64,000 nucleotides of DNA, taken from assembly GCF_000315625.1 (NCBI RefSeq), contig NW_005434673.1, forward strand, positions 1,003,650 to 1,067,649, written 5' to 3'. This stretch comes from Guillardia theta CCMP2712 (Eukaryota; Protista; Cryptophyta). A program made the position numbers and the translations under genes. The notes below the pieces were generated by a model, which was not told the origin of the DNA, ran no database searches, and was given only the letters and a program-made list of their open reading frames with translations. Below, piece by piece: positions 22,299 to 34,535 of the stretch (position 1 is the first letter of the stretch; the number at the start of each line of letters is the position of its first letter).

Positions 22299-23950
22299 AT
22301 GCAGCGACTGGCAGGGAAGGTTGCAATAGTGACCGCGTCCACTGCAGGTGACAAGGAGGAGGGGAGAATGGGGAGGAGAGGAGGAGAGAAGAGAGTGAGA
22401 AAGAGCGAACCGAGTTGCCATCAGTGCATGTGATCTGGAGAAGACTTGTTGAGGAAGGAGTAATGAAGTAGAAATGCGGTTTCGGAAGGGGCGCAACGAG
22501 ATGTGGGAGGTGGAATTGAGAGACAAAACTCTATGAAAACAATCATCTGTTTCTAGGAGTAGATTTATTGACGATATACGATACAAAGCACTTGTTCCTG
22601 GTGCGCTCAACGCTGTTTGATAGCTGTAGTGGGCCGAAATCTCTACTTTCGCAAACTGACGACGGACAAACTAGGGATCGGACTTGGCATTGCCAGAAGA
22701 CTTGCTCAAGGTTGAACCAACCTTCTCTGTTTCTCAATGTTGAGCTTGTTTGGTCTTCGCAGAGGGAGCAGGAGTTATGATATGCTCCCGTAAACTTGAG
22801 AATGTCCAAAAAACAGTGGACATGCTGCGATCGGAGAACCTCAAAGTGGAAGGAATTCCTTGTCATGTGGTCGGTTGCTCATCAAGATACAAACATGTGA
22901 AGCACAGATGACACGATGTTCACTCAGGGAAAGGCTGAAGATCGTGAGAACCTCATCAAGGCAACTTTGGACAAGTTCGGTACGACTAAGTCCTGGCAGA
23001 CGCCGACCATGCACATGACACAAGGCGTGACAGGAGGAAGGATCGACGCGCTTGTCTCGAACGCGGCAGTGAACCCCGGTGTGATGTGCAAGTGGGCATG
23101 AAGAAGAGCTCACTACTTGCTCTCACAGCGTACGGGCCCCTTCAAGAAATGAGCGAGTCGCAGTGGGAGAAAATATTTGATATCAACGTGAAATCGGTCG
23201 CTCCGTGATGGACCTCTGTGCCCTGAGAGATTATGTTGATCTTGAACTCTGCAGGCTTTTCTCTTGTCAAAGGAAGTCATTCCAGTGATGCAGCAGGTAA
23301 AGGAAGCCGCTCTTTGACACGAGGGTACCCTAAAACTCGATTGAAATAGCAAAAGTCGGGTTCTATTGTCATGGTTTCCTCCATTGCTGCATACACGGCT
23401 ATCGAGGGACTAGGCGCATACTCAATCAGGTGAGTGTCACTCTCCCATGCCGAAGAGATTGTCACTGGTGCTCAGCAAAACTGCTCTGCTCGGACTTTCC
23501 AAGGTCATTTGCAAGCTCGAAGCAAAGCAAGAGGGTTTATTCATCACAGGTCATTGCGCATGAGCAAGCTCAGTACGGCATCCGCTGCAACTGCATCGCT
23601 CCTGGAATCGTCAAGGTGAAAGCTCCTTCTCGAGCCAACCAGAAAGTGCCGACCCACTTGTTTACAGACACATTTCTCTGAAGCTCTCTGGACTGATCAG
23701 AAAGTGCACGACAAAGTCGTTAGACAGGCAGATCGTCGTTGGCTTGCTCATACCTGCTGACGAGGCTGGCAGGTCCCATTGAGAAGATTCGGAGAAGCAG
23801 AGGATATCGCAGGTGCCGCTGCGTTTCTCTGTTCAGCCGACAGCAGCTATGTACGCGTTCATTTGCACTTTGGTGAGAGTCTGAGTCAACTGTCAGATGA
23901 CTGGGGAGACCATGGTGATCGCTGGAGGAATGCTTCCTGCAAAGATCTAG
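22299..23950 (+). CDS. DHRS4: DHRS4-like short-chain dehydrogenase/reductase, probably peroxisomal, intron-rich
   Basis: MQRLAGKVAIVTASTAG-IGLGIA, LVSNAAVNP, YxxxK (AYSIS-K), IRCNCIAPGIVK-T, RRFGEAEDIAG; ends -AKI* (PTS1-like). Confidence 0.9.
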
Positions 23951-24258
23951 AACTGTCTGACAGCCAAGACTAGAAATGGAAATCTTGTGACGTGTTTGTA
24001 TGGCAGACTTGCTTCATCTTAGTTAGAGCAGCGCACTGGGTAATGAATACAGCAACACTACCCTCACGATACGATCTGTCTGAGGCTGACTCGCCTTGGT
24101 GTCATGACGGAGTTCCGCGCAGTCGGGCGGCTACAGCCCCTCATGTTTACCACATGGCCCCTATACTATAGCTGACCCGGTTATAGCTCCCTTGCGACAA
24201 TACGAAAGGGTGTGCTTTCAGTCCATCGAAACAATGCATCTACCATCTCCACCGGACA

Positions 24259-24900
24259 ATGATCCGAAAGGACACGATTTCAAGAGATGCTGTCTGTAAC
24301 CTCGTGCAACTTCTTCTGAGGGGGTGGGTGGGTGAGAGGCCTCGATAATCTTTCTGCGCTTCCTCGTCCCTAGCGCCTGCCATGTCCCTGCCCCAAACCT
24401 ACCACGTCGTCTATCCCCGCAGAAGTACCTCCCAGCTCGCTCTCCACAGAAAGCCCAAGATCTACATCACCTCCAACAAGATCCAAAGCCTTTTCCACCT
24501 CCGTCAAACTGACGCCGCCAGGATGCTGGTACCTTGCTCTCCTCCTCTCCTCTGCCACGCCCCCCCCCCCCCCCCCCCCTCATAACGACAGACCGAGAGA
24601 GCTGACTCATGTCCTACTCTACAGGGCATCTCTTTAACCGCGCTCAAGAACGCGTGCAAGCGGTTGCGGATACCCAAGTGGCCTTACAAGCGGACCTCCG
24701 ACAGCGGCGATGATCACAACGGCGCGAGGGACGCACAGAGCGGCTCGTCCTCCTCAACAGCCCCTCCTGCCCCATCGTCGTCCTTGACGTCGGAGAAGGG
24801 CGAGAGAGAGAGCACACACGGCAGGACATGGACGGGAGGGCGAGGAGGACCGGGGATGGAGACATTGCTTGAGGAGGCCCTTGAGCACGCGGGCTGCTAA
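24259..24900 (+). CDS. RWP-RK transcription factor
   Basis: VVYPRR..ITSNKIQSLFHLRQTDAARML|GISLTALKNACKRLRIPKWPYKR; start may instead be 24382. Confidence 0.88.
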
Positions 24901-25504
24901 TGGTCGGGTGAGCAACAGAGCATTCCGTCGCCTGGAGTGAGAGGGGAAGGCAGGATAGATGTTTAGATAGAAACTGTTAGTGTGCTATAGTATAGTTGTG
25001 TTCCTTTACCAGCAGATGTACTGATGGAGCAAACCGCTGAAGATGTGTTGATAAGAGGAAGTAACTAATTGAGTGTCATGATTTCAAAAAAACGGGAGAA
25101 ACTGAACAGCGCGACAACTGATAAGACTGATCAGCTTCTCATGAGCGTAAATTTCAAATCGATTGTTCAGAGTCGTCTAATCCTGAACTTCACACGCCGC
25201 CGCGGCTGTGGAAGCACTGCCAGCAGGTGGAGCAATGCCGAAGGGAGGAGAAGAGCGTTCGAGGAGGCTGCCAGATCATCCTTTCGATGATCTGAGAGTA
25301 TTGCGACTCAAATAAGCTTGGGCTTGGATCAATGCTTCTCGCAGTGATAATCGATGACATGTCATCGCGATCGACTGAGTGGGTTTGCTCATTTGTGACA
25401 ATCAGGCTGGGATCTCAAATGTCATGCTACTAGCGTGCTATTAGACAGTAAGGAGTTGAACAACCGTACTGAGACATTCGCTAATGCAGCTACTGCCAAT
25501 CTCG

Positions 25505-25780
25505 GCTCAACGTTCACAACCTATTTGATCTGAGGCTTTGCGTAGAAACTGTCTTCTGTTCACAAAGCTTGTAATTCGGCTTCGATCTGAATGCTGAAGG
25601 CATTTCATACATTTCCATGACTGCCTATGAATCAACTTCGATGCACAGAATCTGCAATACACGATGGCACTCGGATCTCTTAGTGTGTGGCCCGGGAGAT
25701 CTCGTCGGGGAGGGGGCGCTGCTGCGGATCAGACTGACATACAGTTGCTCTAGGAGGCTCTGGAGCACGCGGGCGACTAA
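25505..25780 (+). pseudogene. Degenerate RWP-RK paralogue relic
   Basis: Colinear remnants NVHNLFDLR, GIS(Y)ISMTAYESTSMHRICNTRWH and LL*EALEHAGD* mirror the adjacent gene's IQSLFHLR, GISLTALKNACKRLRIPKWP and LLEEALEHAGC*. Confidence 0.65.
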
Positions 25781-25789
25781 TCAGCCTGG

Positions 25790-25847
25790 GAGTATGACTG
25801 CGAGGAAAGACATACAAGGAGTATGACTGCGAGGAAAGACATACAAG
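25790..25847. repeat. Perfect 29-bp tandem duplication
   Basis: GAGTATGACTGCGAGGAAAGACATACAAG x2. Confidence 0.95.
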
Positions 25848-26574
25848 CGTTTTAGTGAAAATTCCGAAGCTTGGCAGGCTGTCCGGTCACAGATTGATCC
25901 AACTGTGATTACTTTTCACACCGTAGTTGCGCTGCAACCATGAGCTTAGACGGACCTGTTAGTGCAAGAGGCATCAGATCAGTAAAGAACTCGAGAGCTT
26001 GTGGTGCTTGCAAGTTACCAGTCATGCCAGTCATATGGCCGCAGGGGGACGAGCATCAGTCAAGTCAGCACTAAAAGCTAGATTCACTCAGATCCGGGTC
26101 CATTGATTCGATGGGACGGTCGCCTAGTACCGTAGGCTCCGAGTGAATTAACTAAAACCCGTGCCCTCGTGACCTCTGGCTCCCTTGAAGTCTGAAAGGA
26201 CATCATTTCGAGCCGTCTCGCCCTCACTATCCGTGATACTATGATATCGCATCCTTTGAGGGGCTCAGTCACTTGAGTTGATCAGAGCAGCGCACCGTCT
26301 CACACTAAAATAATTCACGTTTCAAGTCTTACAGGAGAGTTTTGTTTACTCGGGGCTATCTGACTGGCACGGCTGGCATGCGATCCATCAGTAGTAAAAA
26401 CAATACTTCAAGTAACCAGCCCCGCTGTCCCTGATCGGCGATCGGATCCCAGTGTGACTAAGGACTGAGTCCGACCGTACCGGCGTGGCCCGCCGGGCCC
26501 GGGCAGGGCCCGGCCCGGTACTGTTATTATTAATGAACATCCTGTAACGTTTCATAACGATTGGGAACCGGAGC

Positions 26575-28051
26575 ATGTCGGGGTTGCAGGAGGCGCTAGT
26601 AGCAGCGGGCGGGGAGGAGGAGAAGGAGAGACTCCTGCTCCTGCGACGATGGAAGGACTCCATGTCCTTCCTCACTGAAGATCAGCGATCCTTCTGCATC
26701 CTCCTCTCCTCGTCTGACCCAGACTTTGTGCTCAAGACGTCATCGCCGCTGAAACTCAGTTTCACCCTTCCCGCTTCTTATCCAGCAGTGCCATGCCAGG
26801 TCTGTCTCCTGAACGAAGACATACCTTCGCACATTCGTGTCCTTGTTGACAAGGCCATCAATGCCGAGGCTAAGAAGCTGGCGGGGAAGACGATGGTTTG
26901 CTCCTGTCCTGTCTCGTCCTGTTCTCACCTGCAGCAGGTGCGCGAGCTTCTCAAGTGGTTCGACAACAACACATCCACAATCTTCCAATGTGCTCTGGAT
27001 GTTCACAACGCAAGGACGCAAGTCACCCCGCCAAGAAATGCTACCGCTCCTTCTCCTTCTCCCTGGACGCCCGAGGAGCAGAAGCTGCTGGAGGCCGCCA
27101 TGAAGGAATTCCCGAGCACCATGGAGGCGAGCGAACGCTGGGCGTGCATTGCTTCCAAGGTAGCTGGAGGGAGCAGATCCTTGTCCGACTGATCGCTGGG
27201 GCAGGTGCCGGGGAGGACGAAGAAGGACTGCATTGAGAGGTTCAAGGAGCTCAAGAAAGCGTTGCAAGCCTCCAGCAGCAAGTCGCAACCAGCACCGAAG
27301 GAATCCAAGGAGGAGGAGGCAAAAAGTGAGCAGGAACAGACCAAGACATCTCATGAAGGATCCTCTTCCTCCCAGCGTGAGTGGACGAAGCAGGAGCAGC
27401 AGGCTCTGGAGTCTGCCCTCCAGGTTCGGGCTGTAGCGCTCGGACGTTCCTCCTGGTGACTGAGATTTGCGAAGGAGTTTCCATCGAGCATGGAGCGCAA
27501 AGAGAGATGGACCAAGATTGCAGCGAGAGTTCAGACTCGTTCTATGCAAGAATGCTTCTATCGCTACAGAGTATGATGTTGGCAATGATGAAGAGGTTAT
27601 GTTGATGGTGGTGTTTATCATAATCCTGATCATGATCGTGATCGTGAGGAGGAGTTGGTGGTGCGATGAGTGAGTGGGAGAGGCATGAGAATGAAGATGT
27701 GGGATGGAGGGTTGACGAAGATGCTCTACTGATGTGCGACACGGGAAGGATCTGAAGAGGATGCTTGAGGAACAACTCGTCCAGGCTGCCAAGCAGGTGA
27801 CTCTCGCTACTGTGATGTTGATTCACAATGAGCAACTTGTTGGTTTTGTAGCAAATCAAGATAGAGAAGACCGACAAGAATCAGAAACAATCAGCTCAGG
27901 CAAACTCACTCTCTGCATCCTTTCACTTCACGATTGAGACGGAGGAGACCTCGAGAGCGAAGGTTCGTGTCCCCTCTTCAACCCTTCGTCCGTGATCCTT
28001 TCTCAGGAAGATAAGGGCGAAACCGACAGCGAAGAAGAGGACGACGACGAT

Positions 28052-28089
<38 letters not shown>

Positions 28090-29256
28090 AACTTCTAGTG
28101 AGGACGGGGACGGGGCACCACGATCGCACATCCACTACCTCGGTGAACAGGTTGCGCGGGAGAGCTCGACTGATTTTCTCGCCCCCACAGACACACAAGA
28201 TGGGGCCGACGCGCTGGCAAACCTGACGAGCCATCACAGGTTTACGTTGGAGGGAAGGAGTGAAGGAGCGCTGACGAGGGAGGCAGGGGAATCCAACTGA
28301 AACTCAACGACCTCCTCCTGCTGGGCGTAAGCTTTGCTCAAGTCTCACTGATCAGGGTGCAGTGTGCTTGCAAGCGGTGATGTCGGGCTGAGGGGAGGGG
28401 GGGGCGGCTGATCGTTGTGAGAGCAGGTGCAGTCTGAACTTGGACGTCAAGGGGGGCAGGCGCTCGACCTTCGATGAGGACTGTACTCGATGCAGGATGA
28501 TGCAATCGTTCGGTTTTCGACCAGACGTTCTGCATGCTAACAATAACTGTTGCGGGTGATGATTTCTACTCCTCCTCCTCCCCCCCCCTCCTCTGCGAGC
28601 AGCACCGCGATCGCAACCACCTCTAGCATATATCGTCGTCGTCGTCGTCGTCATCATCATCGTCATCATCATCGTCATCATCATCATCTTCTTCTCCTTC
28701 TTCTTCTTCTTCTTCTTCACCACCGCCACCACAATTCCCATCTTTCTTATTCTTTTGCAGATATATCGATGCTGAGGGTGTTGTTATCGTGGATCTTCTT
28801 CCCCTGGATCTGTGGGTCTCTTGCAGCAGTTGCAACTCAGAATCCGTCAGTCTCTCCTCCTCCTCCTCCTCCTCCTCCTCCTCCTCCTCCTCCTCCTCCT
28901 CCTCCTCCTCCTCCTCCGTCCTCCTCTTCCTCCTCCTCTCCGTCCTCCTCTTCCTCCTCCTCTCCGTCCTCCTCCTCCTCCTCCTCTCCGTCCTCCTCCT
29001 CCTCCTCCTCTCCGTCCTCCTCCTCCTCCTCCTCTCCGTCCTCCCCCCTTCTTTCTTCTTCCTCCTCATTCATCCTCTTCTCGTTCCGACTTTATCCTCC
29101 CTGATCATATTCCTCCTGCTCAGCCCCTCTTCTTTCAAATTGCCTCCTCCTCTCGTACCGACTGAGCTCTGCAGATGGTCAAGGGATTGAGCAGGGGAAG
29201 GAGAAACGAGTTGACTTGTTTCAACTGCCACCAGAAAATGACCATCGGGTAGCCTG

Positions 29257-29291
<35 letters not shown>

Positions 29292-29314
29292 TCCGCTGCT
29301 CCTGCTCCTGCTCT

Positions 29315-29368
<54 letters not shown>

Positions 29369-29826
29369 AATCTGCCCTCCACTTCATTTCGTCTCTGCCG
29401 CTCTCTCCTCTGATCGTCTTGCAGCTATGGTGACCCTGGCTTCACCAAAGTCGGTCCGAGCGAGAGCGCGCAGACAGGAGAGGGCAAGAGGAGCAAAGGG
29501 GAGACAAAGGAGAAGAAGAAGGATTTGCTAGAGCTGGTCCCCGGGAAGCCTCTGCCGGATCGGGGGGCATGCGAGCACTACCGGCGATCCACGTGAGCCC
29601 ACAGAGTAGAGGAAGAGAAAGTGGAGGCGATTGAAGGGGGAGGAATCGATGGAGGGGAGGGGGAGGGGGAGGTGAAGGTGCAGAGGGAGGAGGGAGGAGA
29701 AGGGAGAAAGAGAACGCACAGACTTGCATCCTGATGTTTGAGCAGCCGATGGTTGCGGTTCCCCTGCTGTGGGAAAGCGTATCCGTGCGACATTTGCCAC
29801 GAGAAGGTCTATCATAACCTTCACTT

Positions 29827-29898
<72 letters not shown>

Positions 29899-30556
29899 CC
29901 CTGCTCCTGCTCCTGCTGCTGCTCCTGCTGTTCGTTTACCACAGCCCTCCTGCTCCTCCTGCCCCTTGGTCCCTCCTCCTCTCCTTGACAATCAAAGTAG
30001 AGCGGCGATGGTTGTCCGCCAGGCACGTGGGCGAATAGGATGATCTGCGGGCTGTGCAGGTGAGGAAAAGGAGAGTGGAGGAGGAGGAGGAGGAGGAGGA
30101 GGGGAGGAGAAGGACAGGAGGAGGAGGAGGAGGGGGAGGAGGAGGGGAGGAGAAGGACAGGAGGAGGAGGAGGAGGAGTGAAGGAGGTGGAAGAAGGGAG
30201 AAGAGAGAGGAGGGGAGAAGAAAGAGGAGGGGAGACATGGGGCAACAGGAATTGAAGCAAGTAGAAATGCAGGAAGAACCAGAGTGAGGGGGAGGGCGAG
30301 GAGAGGGAGGGCAAGAATGAGGAGGAGGAGGAGAGTTCAGTATCTCACTTCGAGCAGCATGGAGCAGGGCTACAGCAGCAAGGGGTGCAAGTTCTGCTCT
30401 GCGAGCTTCAGCAAGCCGTCGAAGAGTCACTGGGAAGGAGGGCAAGGGTGCAGAGAAAAGACGAAGATGTCGAACAAAGACAAGAAGAAATTCTCCGGCA
30501 GCAAGTACAAGACCCACTCCCGAAAGTCGGAGAGAGTCGGGCAGAAGAAGAGCTGA
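26575..30556 (+). CDS. RWD-like + 2x SANT/Myb + CHY zinc-finger protein (C-terminal part like the S. pombe SPBC18H10.09 family)
   Basis: LSFTLPASYP (RWD/UBC-like); WTPEEQKLLEAAMKEFP..ERWACIASK-VPGRTKKDCIERF; WTKQEQQALESAL..ERWTKIAARV; PGKPLPDRGACEHYRRS-RWLRFPCCGKAYPCDICHE, RMICGLC, CKFC..HWEGGQGCR. Confidence 0.82.
28855..29045. repeat. Intronic (CCT)n tract with 21-bp higher-order repeat
   Basis: (CCT)n followed by about 6 units of CTCCGTCCTCCTCYTCCTCCT. Confidence 0.9.
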
Positions 30557-30653
30557 GGAGAGGGAGGAGAGAGGAGAGGAGAGGAGAGGAGAGGAGAGGA
30601 GAGGAGAGGAGAGGAGAGGAGAGGAGAGGAGAGGAGAGGAGTAGGCGAGGAGG

Positions 30654-30753
30654 NNNNNNNNNNNNNNNNNNNNNNNNNNNNNNNNNNNNNNNNNNNNNNN
30701 NNNNNNNNNNNNNNNNNNNNNNNNNNNNNNNNNNNNNNNNNNNNNNNNNNNNN
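30654..30753. other. Assembly gap (100 N)
   Basis: N run between (GAGAG)n and (GGT/GGA)n tracts. Confidence 1.
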
Positions 30754-30951
30754 GGAAGTGGTGATGGTGGTGGTGGTGGTGGTGGTGATGGTGGTGGTGA
30801 TGGTGGTGGTGATGGTGGTGGAGGAGATGGTGGTGGTGTAGGAGGAGGAGGAGGTGATGGTGGAGTAGTAGTAGTAGTAGGAGGAGGAGGAGGAGGAGGA
30901 GGAGGTGATGGTGGAGTAGTAGTAGTAGGAGGAGGAGGATCAGCTGTAATA

Positions 30952-33768
30952 CCTGCGTCCTTCTCGCTGCTCTTTGCTCGCTCGATCTCAAACTGGAATG
31001 TCGGAGGATTCAATCAGGATGTGCACAAACCAGCGATGGGGTAAGAAAGGAGCAAGGAGCAAGGAGGAAAACATCACAAAGGAAGGAGAAAAATACAAAC
31101 GACAAGAGAAGAAAATTTACAACAAAAGGGCATGACATTGAACCTGAGCATCTAGAAGAACATTCTCCAACTTCGACTTTGAGATTTCTATCATGTCATC
31201 TTTCTCAGCTGTTGCAGGAAATCATCTCAAGCAAACATGTCAAAAGTTTTGCTTCACCTTCTCCACTCATGAGATCTTTGATCTGAAAGAAAAGAAAGGA
31301 CGTGATCAGATTGCAACAAGAATCCAAGAGGATCGCATGACACAACAATCCGACAGCAAACGCTTTCATCTCACCTCTTCGGGGAGGTTTGTGTTGATGC
31401 TATGTGAGAAAATCTTCATGTCGAACAGGAACGTCGTCAGCTCTCCCTGGGAAAGAACATCACAACCCAGCATAACAAGCAAGGACAACCACCTTGAACA
31501 ACTGATCCGCCCTCTTGTCGTACAGGTCTTGGAGCATCGACGCCTTTCAGACTTGCTCAGCGGGGTGCGAGGAGGAGAGGCAGAGATCTCTGCTATCACC
31601 CAGTGCGTCGGAAACTCCTCCCTGTCAGTCTCGTTGTGCTCGACCTTATGGTGCGCGATCTGTGCATCGTCCTCGATGAACCGAGAGTACCTGCTGATGA
31701 CAGGCAGGAACGTGATCCCAGCTTCGTATCTCCTTGAGATCTCGTAGTCGTCGAAGGAGGAGGAGATTTCGTCGTCCACTGCGATGATGTAGGCGACGTG
31801 AAGGGCTGTGTACAGCTCCAGCCCTAGGGCGGCACAGAGGTCTGGAGGAGGCGAGTGAGGGACGTCAGATTTGTGATTGTAAGACCTCGGTGGAGAAGAT
31901 ATTTCATGTTGATCCTGTAGTCGTCGTCGACATCTTGGGGGATCTGTGGATGAAGATGATTGAGATTGATCCATGTCATGATGATCAAACGAATCATCAC
32001 GTCCCCGTGCAAGTGATGTTTGAGATGATGGTCGATGTGACATAACAGCAGAACAGCAAGTACATGTGATATCACATCTGGCATCGTGAGCAAGATAAAC
32101 TTTGTACCTCAAACTCCATGACGGCTGAGACGGGGAAAATGTGTTCTTTGCACGCAAAGTGAAGGTACTTGATAGACTTTAAGACAGAATCCTGGCAAAT
32201 GAGATAAGATACAGCATGGCAGGAAGGAGAAGGGAGAAGGAGGAGAACAAAACTTTGCAGGAGACGTAAAAACAAGAGTTGAAAGAGAATGCTCTACTTT
32301 GCTCGACCTTGACAACTCAAGTTCCTTTTTCAACAGGAGCTCATCTGCAAAACATGATCAATCCTCAAAAAAAAAAAAAAACAACTGGCAAGCCAAACTT
32401 CGTGTAGTTCTCGAAAGCTCTTTCTGTGATGAAAGAGAAGTCAAAACATTACACCATCGAGAGGTTTTTGCTCCTTTACCTCCAACTTCACGACATCGCG
32501 GTCGCTCCCTCCTGTCTTTATCTGATCGCAAGGAATCAAACATCCAAGATTCCATCATCTGCTCGTCTCACATGACGAGCGCGAGAGATAGCCTGACCCC
32601 TGCTATCTCCCTCCACTTCCGGGCTCACTCTGTTCAGCTCGTACTTCTCATTCATCTTCATCCAAAGCCTCTGCTCCTCATCACTTGCAGGGATTGAATT
32701 CTTGCGCTCCCTCGCCTTCTCCTCCCGACCGTTCAAAGAGCCCCCCCCTCTCATCACAGCATGCAGCTCCTCCATCGCGCTGCTCAACTCCTCCAGCGTC
32801 CTCTCCAGCATCCTGACCCGCTGACTGACGGCACCATCCTCCTTCCTCTTGTCGTCAATGATCCGATTTTTTTCTTGCAGCTCGACATCGAAAGCTTGCT
32901 TCAGCGCATACATCTTCGCCTGGTCTGACGTCTGCGAAGCGTTTTCCCTCTCCGCCTCCAACTGCATCATTCGCTTCTCCAGGTTGTTGTTGCTCCCCAG
33001 CAGGGTCTGCACCTCAGCCTCCGCCCTCTCCAGCTCCTTGCGAAGTGTCTCCTCCATGTCGTCGGGAGGGGACCTCGCATGCGTGTTGGTCCTGGAGACA
33101 TCGTAAAAGAAGCATGTCAAGGCTCGCAGAGAAGGTCCAGGCACACTGACGCACCTATGCTTCGTCGAGGAATGAATGGCGTTGATCAGGCTACCCATGT
33201 GCTCGCTCATTCGCTGCTGCTCCTCTCTAAGCTTCTGATTCTCTTGCAGGAGAATCTCCAGCCGGTCCGGCTGGTCATGCTGCGCCTTGTTCGACTTCAT
33301 CCTCGAGATCTCGAGATTTAGCCTGTCCACCTCATATTGAAGTTCGGCATTCTTGTTCCGTAGGAGCCGAACCTGATCCGAGGACGCGTTCGCTGTGGCT
33401 ATGGCTGCATCGCGTTGACTTTGAACAGCTGCGACCTTGGCTTGAATCTTAGCCATCAGCTTCTCATCGTCGATCCTCCATCTTCCAGACCTCTTCTTCT
33501 TCAGCGCCTGATTCTCCTGCTCCAACCTGCGCACCTTCTCCTCGAGAGCTCGCGTTGAGCTCTTCTCCGTGTGGAGCATATTTAACTTGCCCTCGATGTC
33601 CTCCATCTTCGCCTGCTGCAGCTGCATCTTCAAGTCCATCAGAGTCGGCATAGACGGAGGAGGTTCGTAGCTCAGGACCACCCCAGTGTCGCTTCCTATC
33701 TGGACAAGTGAAGCCTCCGACCTCCTCCAGTCCTCCTTCCTGGTCGTCGAACTTCGCAGAGGTTCCAT
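30952..33768 (-). CDS. Coiled-coil hypothetical protein, multi-exon; 3' end probably in or near the gap
   Basis: Long heptad-rich ORF 32536-33891 (likely start MEPLRS at 33768); downstream exon-like segments such as EISRRYEAGITFLPVISRY and FEIERAKSSEKDA with AG/GT boundaries. Linkage of these segments into one gene is inferred. Confidence 0.55.
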
Positions 33769-33965
33769 CACTCCCCCTAGCGCAGGAGGTCTGACTGGAA
33801 CCTCTCCTACGGATCCTCCTCCTCCTCCTCCTCCTCCTCTCTCTGCTCCCCATTCCCGCAATCCTCCTCTTCCCCAGTCAAGCGCCTGCATTCGATAACG
33901 ACCAGTTGGACTACCCCTACAAGGTCCTGAAGATACCCCACCATTATACTTACAGAATACCCCTA

Positions 33966-34391
<426 letters not shown>

Positions 34392-34535
34392 TCAGAATCA
34401 TGAGGTAACTTGTAAGCAAGAGGAAGGAAAGATTATCATCAATAGGTACACTTCTGTAAGGAATAGATCGAGGGTGAGACAGTGGACAAGTTAGAGGAAT
34501 ACAAACAGAATAGATTATGACTGTTTTTCCTATGA

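Noticed and set aside
25790-25847. 29-bp direct repeat as a possible CRISPR repeat
   Set aside because: Only two adjacent copies, no spacer, no cas genes, eukaryotic context.
28550-29413. Poly-P/L/E/SR/CS ORFs resembling extensins, SR proteins or metallothionein
   Set aside because: Intronic tri- and hexanucleotide repeats within the CHY gene.
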